Made by a program: the position numbers and the translations under genes. 55,419 nt of DNA from an uncultured Myxococcales bacterium. GTDB taxonomy: Bacteria > Myxococcota_A > Polyangia > Fen-1088. The DNA lies in contig CAZBIU010000002.1 in the NCBI GenBank assembly GCA_964491625.1, positions 1-55,419 of the forward strand. Reading direction: 5' to 3'. The notes beneath the pieces were generated by a model. The model was not told the origin of the DNA and made no database searches. It was given only the letters and a program-made list of their open reading frames with translations. This document shows, piece by piece, positions 53,506 through 55,419 of this stretch (positions are counted from its first letter, which is position 1; the number at the start of each line of letters is the position of its first letter).

Positions 53506-54708
53506 TCATTTCTTTGAGATATCCACGCCAAAGCCGAGGCCGAGACCCGCGAGGCCAGCGTCGACCTTCGCACCGGCGGTCGCCTCAAAGAGAGTCTTGC
53601 CGTCGTTGATCTTCACACCAGCATGGGCTTCAGCGCCGAGGGTGAGTAGGGCGCCTTCGCCCTTGACGCCGAGACCGACATAGTAGGAGGTGAAGGGAAT
53701 CCGGATGCGGACTTTGAGAGGCAACTCTCCCTTCAGGACCGCAACCTCAATCTCGCCTTTCGCTTGGGCCTTCCCCTTCATCTTGCTCAGGTCAGCCTCG
53801 ACGCCAAGCTCCGCGCCTGCCTTCCCCTTACCAACGTCAGCCGAACCGACCGATTCGAAGATGACCCACGGATCTGACTTATCTCCTTCCGTCTTCGCCC
53901 CGGGCGGAGGTGGTGTTGCTTTTCCTATCATCACCGTGGGACAGCCGATGGCAATAACGTCCGGGCCTCCCGCAGGTTCGACCACGTAGTCCGTGGCTCG
54001 TGCCGCTGGCGAGCCGTTGATCAGAACCGTCGGTTCCCCTGGAAGGGTCGGACCGCCTCCGTGTGGTGTGGCACCGGGCGCAGGGCAGAGGTGCATGTCC
54101 AGACCGGCCCGCCAGGCGGGCACACCTCCGATGAAGACATTCGAGCTACCTGGCCCAGGCGCCAACGGCCCCAGGTGCATCGTAAGATCGGAGATGCGGG
54201 CTGCCATGGGGGCGGTGGGGGCAGGAGGTGGCGCCGGGGGAGGGGGCCCGAAGATCAGATGTTTGATCTTGTCGATGAAATCAACTTGGCCGTGGACCAG
54301 GGATCCTTCGGCCTCGGCGTCGACCACCGTCAACTCTGCGCTCTTCTTGTCGAGATCGTAGGAGGCTTTGAGAGCCTCGACCTTCACCTCGCCCCTCACG
54401 AACTGAATGAATGTCTTGTCGTCTCCAAACTTTCGCGAAACTGCGCCTTCTGCCTTCTTCTCGTAGAAAGGTCCAACCGAGGCCTTCTTTGCAAAGCCGG
54501 GCTTTTTCTCAGGCTCGCCGGGCTTCGGTTTGTCGTCTCCTACGGCCCACAACTCTTTCTTCTTGGTTTCCCACTTCTTCGAATCGGTGGCGCCCGCCTT
54601 CGGGACCTGCCAGCCACCTTCCGACTCCTTGCCTCCCTCGCCTTCCTTCTTGGGTAGCTGGCCTTCCCCTGGCTGGCCTTCTCCCGGCTTATCTTCCTCG
54701 TTCGCCAT
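53506..54708 (-). CDS. PAAR-domain protein with charged/disordered + beta-rich N-terminal region and 129-aa beta-rich, Gly-zipper-ended C-terminal domain
   Basis: 'MAARISDLTMH', 'VFIGGVPAWRAG', 'VLINGSPAARATD' and 'CPTVMIG' form the central PAAR. Tail '...AGAKVDAGLAGLGLGFGVDISKK'. Starts 24 nt after the vgrG2 stop. Confidence 0.8.
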   Translation of the reverse strand: MANEEDKPGEGQPGEGQLPKKEGEGGKESEGGWQVPKAGATDSKKWETKKKELWAVGDDKPKPGEPEKKPGFAKKASVGPFYEKKAEGAVSRKFGDDKTFIQFVRGEVKVEALKASYDLDKKSAELTVVDAEAEGSLVHGQVDFIDKIKHLIFGPPPPAPPPAPTAPMAARISDLTMHLGPLAPGPGSSNVFIGGVPAWRAGLDMHLCPAPGATPHGGGPTLPGEPTVLINGSPAARATDYVVEPAGGPDVIAIGCPTVMIGKATPPPPGAKTEGDKSDPWVIFESVGSADVGKGKAGAELGVEADLSKMKGKAQAKGEIEVAVLKGELPLKVRIRIPFTSYYVGLGVKGEGALLTLGAEAHAGVKINDGKTLFEATAGAKVDAGLAGLGLGFGVDISKK

Positions 54709-54732
54709 GGGTCTTCAAGCTCGCCGCGGCTA

Positions 54733-55419
54733 CTAGTTGATCTTGACCATCGTCCCGGTCACGTCGACCCCGGACGGGCTCGTCTTGACAGTGCCTCCGG
54801 CGACCACCGTCGCCTCCGATGCCCCTTGCACCGTCGCTTTGCCCTTGCCCTCCATCATCGCGTCGGCATTCAGGGTGACGTGGCTTTGGTCCTTTGACGC
54901 CATACTGGCTCCCGCGTCGAGCACAAGGATACTGTTGTCGTTCGAGTTGAGGCAGACGGTCTCGTCGAGGGTCATGAAGGCCCCACCCTTGGCGAGCGCC
55001 TCTATGTCCTCGGTTAGCTCGACCTTCGCGGTTCCTCCAGAGGTTAGGGTGATCGCGTCCGGGGTCATCACGATGGTGCTGTTCTTGCACCGCAAGGTGA
55101 TGGAGGTTGGCGCCGTTATCTCGATCGTCTCGGTGGCGTCAAAGGTGTGCTTGCCCGTGACTTTCGTCACGCTCTGCACTGGGAGCTTCTTTCCCGTCTT
55201 CTCGTCCGAACCCTCGACGGTGATGGTTTGGTTGCCGTGAATGGTAATCCTCTGGTCGCCGCCGACGTGGAGGGTTTGGCTACGCTTCACCAGCGTCGAC
55301 ATATCCCTCTCGGCCTGGACGTGCAGCTCTTCCTTGCCCTTGAGGTCCTCAAAACGGATCTCGTTGAAGTTGCTGGGGGTGCCAGCGTTGGCGCTGCGGC
55401 TCTTGATTCCGCTCTGCGT
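54733..55419 (-). CDS. vgrG: second VgrG (TssI), C-terminal ~228 codons only (5' end outside window)
   Basis: The frame stays open to the window edge. '...QSGIKSRSANAGTPSNFNEIRFEDLKGKEELHVQAERD' parallels VgrG1, followed by a gp5-like beta-helix and '...VDVTGTMVKIN*'. Confidence 0.9.
   Translation of the reverse strand, partial: TQSGIKSRSANAGTPSNFNEIRFEDLKGKEELHVQAERDMSTLVKRSQTLHVGGDQRITIHGNQTITVEGSDEKTGKKLPVQSVTKVTGKHTFDATETIEITAPTSITLRCKNSTIVMTPDAITLTSGGTAKVELTEDIEALAKGGAFMTLDETVCLNSNDNSILVLDAGASMASKDQSHVTLNADAMMEGKGKATVQGASEATVVAGGTVKTSPSGVDVTGTMVKIN

Noticed and set aside
53506-54708. Classical prePAAR effector (split AARxxDxxxH motif + TM domains needing an Eag chaperone)
   Set aside because: The AARISDLTMH motif is contiguous with the rest of the PAAR domain and no TM helices intervene. 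This is a complete PAAR, not a split prePAAR architecture.
1-55419. Insertion sequences, integrases, prophage genes, T6SS core genes (hcp, tssA-M, clpV)
   Set aside because: No ORF in any frame showed transposase DDE, tyrosine/serine recombinase, capsid/terminase, Hcp or TssB/C-like sequence. The vgrG islands are therefore called orphan rather than part of a core cluster.

Overview
Very GC-rich (by eye about two thirds G+C) chromosomal segment that looks myxobacterial (Sorangiineae-like). It has lipoproteins with long Gly/Ser/Ala linkers, a MYXO-CTERM-type tail, Hanks-type Ser/Thr kinases, giant TPR proteins and secreted polysaccharide-degrading enzymes. I call about 45 protein-coding genes or pseudogenes. 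I recognised no rRNA, tRNA, CRISPR, transposase or phage genes. Layout: 1-3.5 kb is housekeeping (DUF4143-type ATPase fragment, fructosamine kinase, LMW-PTP, miaB). 3.6-7.5 kb holds two lipoproteins and three broken genes (porin-like remnant, PstS-like gene with an in-frame stop, frameshifted mop). 7.5-10.2 kb holds a secreted protein plus ECF sigma/anti-sigma. Next come a GH54 lipoprotein, an ATGA-chained regulator-modA-modB-modC operon with a perfect 11-bp inverted repeat upstream, a PL9-like beta-helix enzyme, and a kinase-TPR/PEGA-secreted protein operon. Then a 1477-aa protein with a degenerate SIR2-like head and TPR body, a second kinase, GH30, a beta-propeller lipoprotein, and a signal-less 1174-aa protein built from 14 repeats of ~80 aa arranged in ~247-aa super-repeats. 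Most notable are two adjacent orphan type VI secretion cargo islands on the minus strand. Island 1 (41.2-49.8 kb) is vgrG - TPR protein - PAAR - Rhs toxin - immunity. Island 2 (50.7-55.4 kb) is vgrG (partial) - PAAR with unknown N/C domains - tandem DcrB/Eag-like protein - two membrane proteins. No T6SS core genes lie in the window. The effector, immunity and adaptor parts of these islands and the repeat protein match no family I can name, so they are my best candidates for undescribed biology. All functional calls come from motif recognition by eye and none was checked against a database.
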